From Amoebidium appalachense (lineage: Eukaryota > Protista > Ichthyosporea): a DNA stretch of 64,000 nucleotides. Where the stretch lies: positions 8,994,818-9,058,817 of the forward strand of contig CAVNZM010000008.1 of the NCBI GenBank assembly GCA_963693365.1. Reading direction: 5' to 3'. Shown here one piece after another: positions 62,752 through 64,000 of this stretch (within the stretch, counting starts at the first letter, position 1; each line of letters begins with the position of its first letter). Below the pieces are notes generated by a model. The model saw only the letters and a program-made list of their open reading frames with translations. It made no database searches and had not been told where the DNA came from. Made by a program: the position numbers and the translations under genes.

Positions 62752-64000
62752 TCACTCGTCGTCATGATCCTCTCTCTTTTGCCTGCTAGCAGCGAATTCT
62801 GCTCTCCACTCACACAACATATTCTTTAACTGCATTTCATTTACCTCGGCCGAATTTATCAATCTGCCCAACCCACAATCCGTTTCAGGATCAAAATCGT
62901 TCTCCTCCTGCCGGGCGGCTTTTAGATGTTCAATCGTCACCATCTGCCCCCCTTGCGACGCCAATCGGAACGCAACAGGACTAGCAGCACCACCGATGGA
63001 GGGTCTTCGTGCATGGTCCGGACCCCCCCGCCAAATTCGACGACGCGTTTTTAATATCCGAACCCAGGGAATACAGTGCCGCCGCTATAGATTGACTCAT
63101 GGGTTCGGGCCCGGAATATCCCCTCTTGCGCCCCTTCCGTGTCAACATCAGGTCGGACTCCGTGTGGCTGACCGGAAGAGAGAGTTTTCGTCCCTGGTCG
63201 TTGTTCGAATCTTCCGAACTACTGGGGTCTATTCGTGGGGATCCTGCCGCGGAACCCCCCGTAGGTGGGGTTAGTACATCGTGACACGGGAAGAAAATTG
63301 TGCTTACGGAAAGAGATCGTCCGCGCGGCGCAAGACCGGGGAAAGTGGGTAGTCTTAGTGTCGGCGTGCGTGGCATTTCCGGAGTGGAGGGGGTGCTTCT
63401 CGTTTTTTCGTCGCTCACGGGGGGGTCGAAGAGCGACATTGGCGAGGTTCCCACGGGAAATCGGGTCCTCGTGCTCATGGTCGTGGGGTAGGTCGCTCGA
63501 GGGGAGAATGACTTCGCACGTGGGTACGCTTCTGCTGATGCGTGGGCTCGCCAACGGGCAGCTTTCTATTTTTGGAAGGACGGGGCTCGGGTTCGCAGAG
63601 AGTGCATGTGGGTCGTCGAGCTCCCCATGGGAAAGACGGGTTGAGGAGCGGCCGAAATGATACCTCGGGAGTTGGCTCTCACTGGCTGACCCCTTCATTC
63701 GTCGATCCATTTTCACGCGCAATGAGTCGTTTGAATCCCCTACGACGAAGAGGCGCGATACTACCCTCCTACCAAACTCTCTGAATCCTGCCTTCGAAAA
63801 ACCGGTCTTTTTGAAGCCTCGCTCACCACGAATCTCGTGATCTGGTGCACTCTCCGAGTACACAGTTTCGGAAAATTTCTCCATTTTTTGCGGTTTTTGG
63901 TTGCCATCCCCTTGGCCACCAGCAGAAATACCTAAGTCACTATCGCTTACACGGGCAAGGGTTGCTGTTATAGAACTCTTCGAGCGTAATGCCGCCCGAA
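62752..64000 (-). CDS. 3' part of an unknown protein (Ser/Pro/Arg-rich, likely disordered), 5' end outside window; two homopolymer frameshifts
   Basis: The frame is open from the window edge through ORF 63219-63884. It joins ORF 62981-63478 by removing one base of G7 at 63419-63425, and ORF 62752-62964 by removing one base of C7 at 63023-63029. The region is microsatellite-free and coding-like, ending ..KREDHDDE*. Confidence 0.65.

Overview
Eukaryotic, intron-rich genomic DNA saturated with poly-G/poly-C, (CA)n/(GT)n and (GA)n/(CT)n tracts, so nearly all ORF-track entries are low-complexity artefacts. Manual splice reconstruction gives four multi-exon genes: a secreted proteinase-K-type S8 protease (+, 8676-11183), a 13-exon LIM-homeobox gene (+, 20341-27793), a 15-exon TM9SF/EMP70 gene (-, 30624-42457) and an 11-exon membrane-anchored cysteine-synthase-like gene (+, 48760-59977, one GC-AG intron). 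There is also a possible BTB-like ORF and the 3' part of a gene running off the right edge. All tRNA genes are intronic and sense to the host gene: tRNA-Glu(CTC), a five-unit tRNA-Pro array and a decayed tRNA-Pro. Mobile DNA comprises a 5'-truncated RNase H-bearing non-LTR retrotransposon with a 14-bp TSD, two short relatives of its structured 3' tail, hAT-like MITEs, a Sola-like foldback element and a ~120-bp intronic repeat family. The most unusual patterns are four independent duplications of exon/intron boundaries, 3' splice sites made of (CA)n or A-runs, and the intronic tRNA array. Gene content suggests a non-metazoan holozoan (inference only). Four frameshifts can each be repaired by removing one base from a G/C run, which points to homopolymer assembly error.
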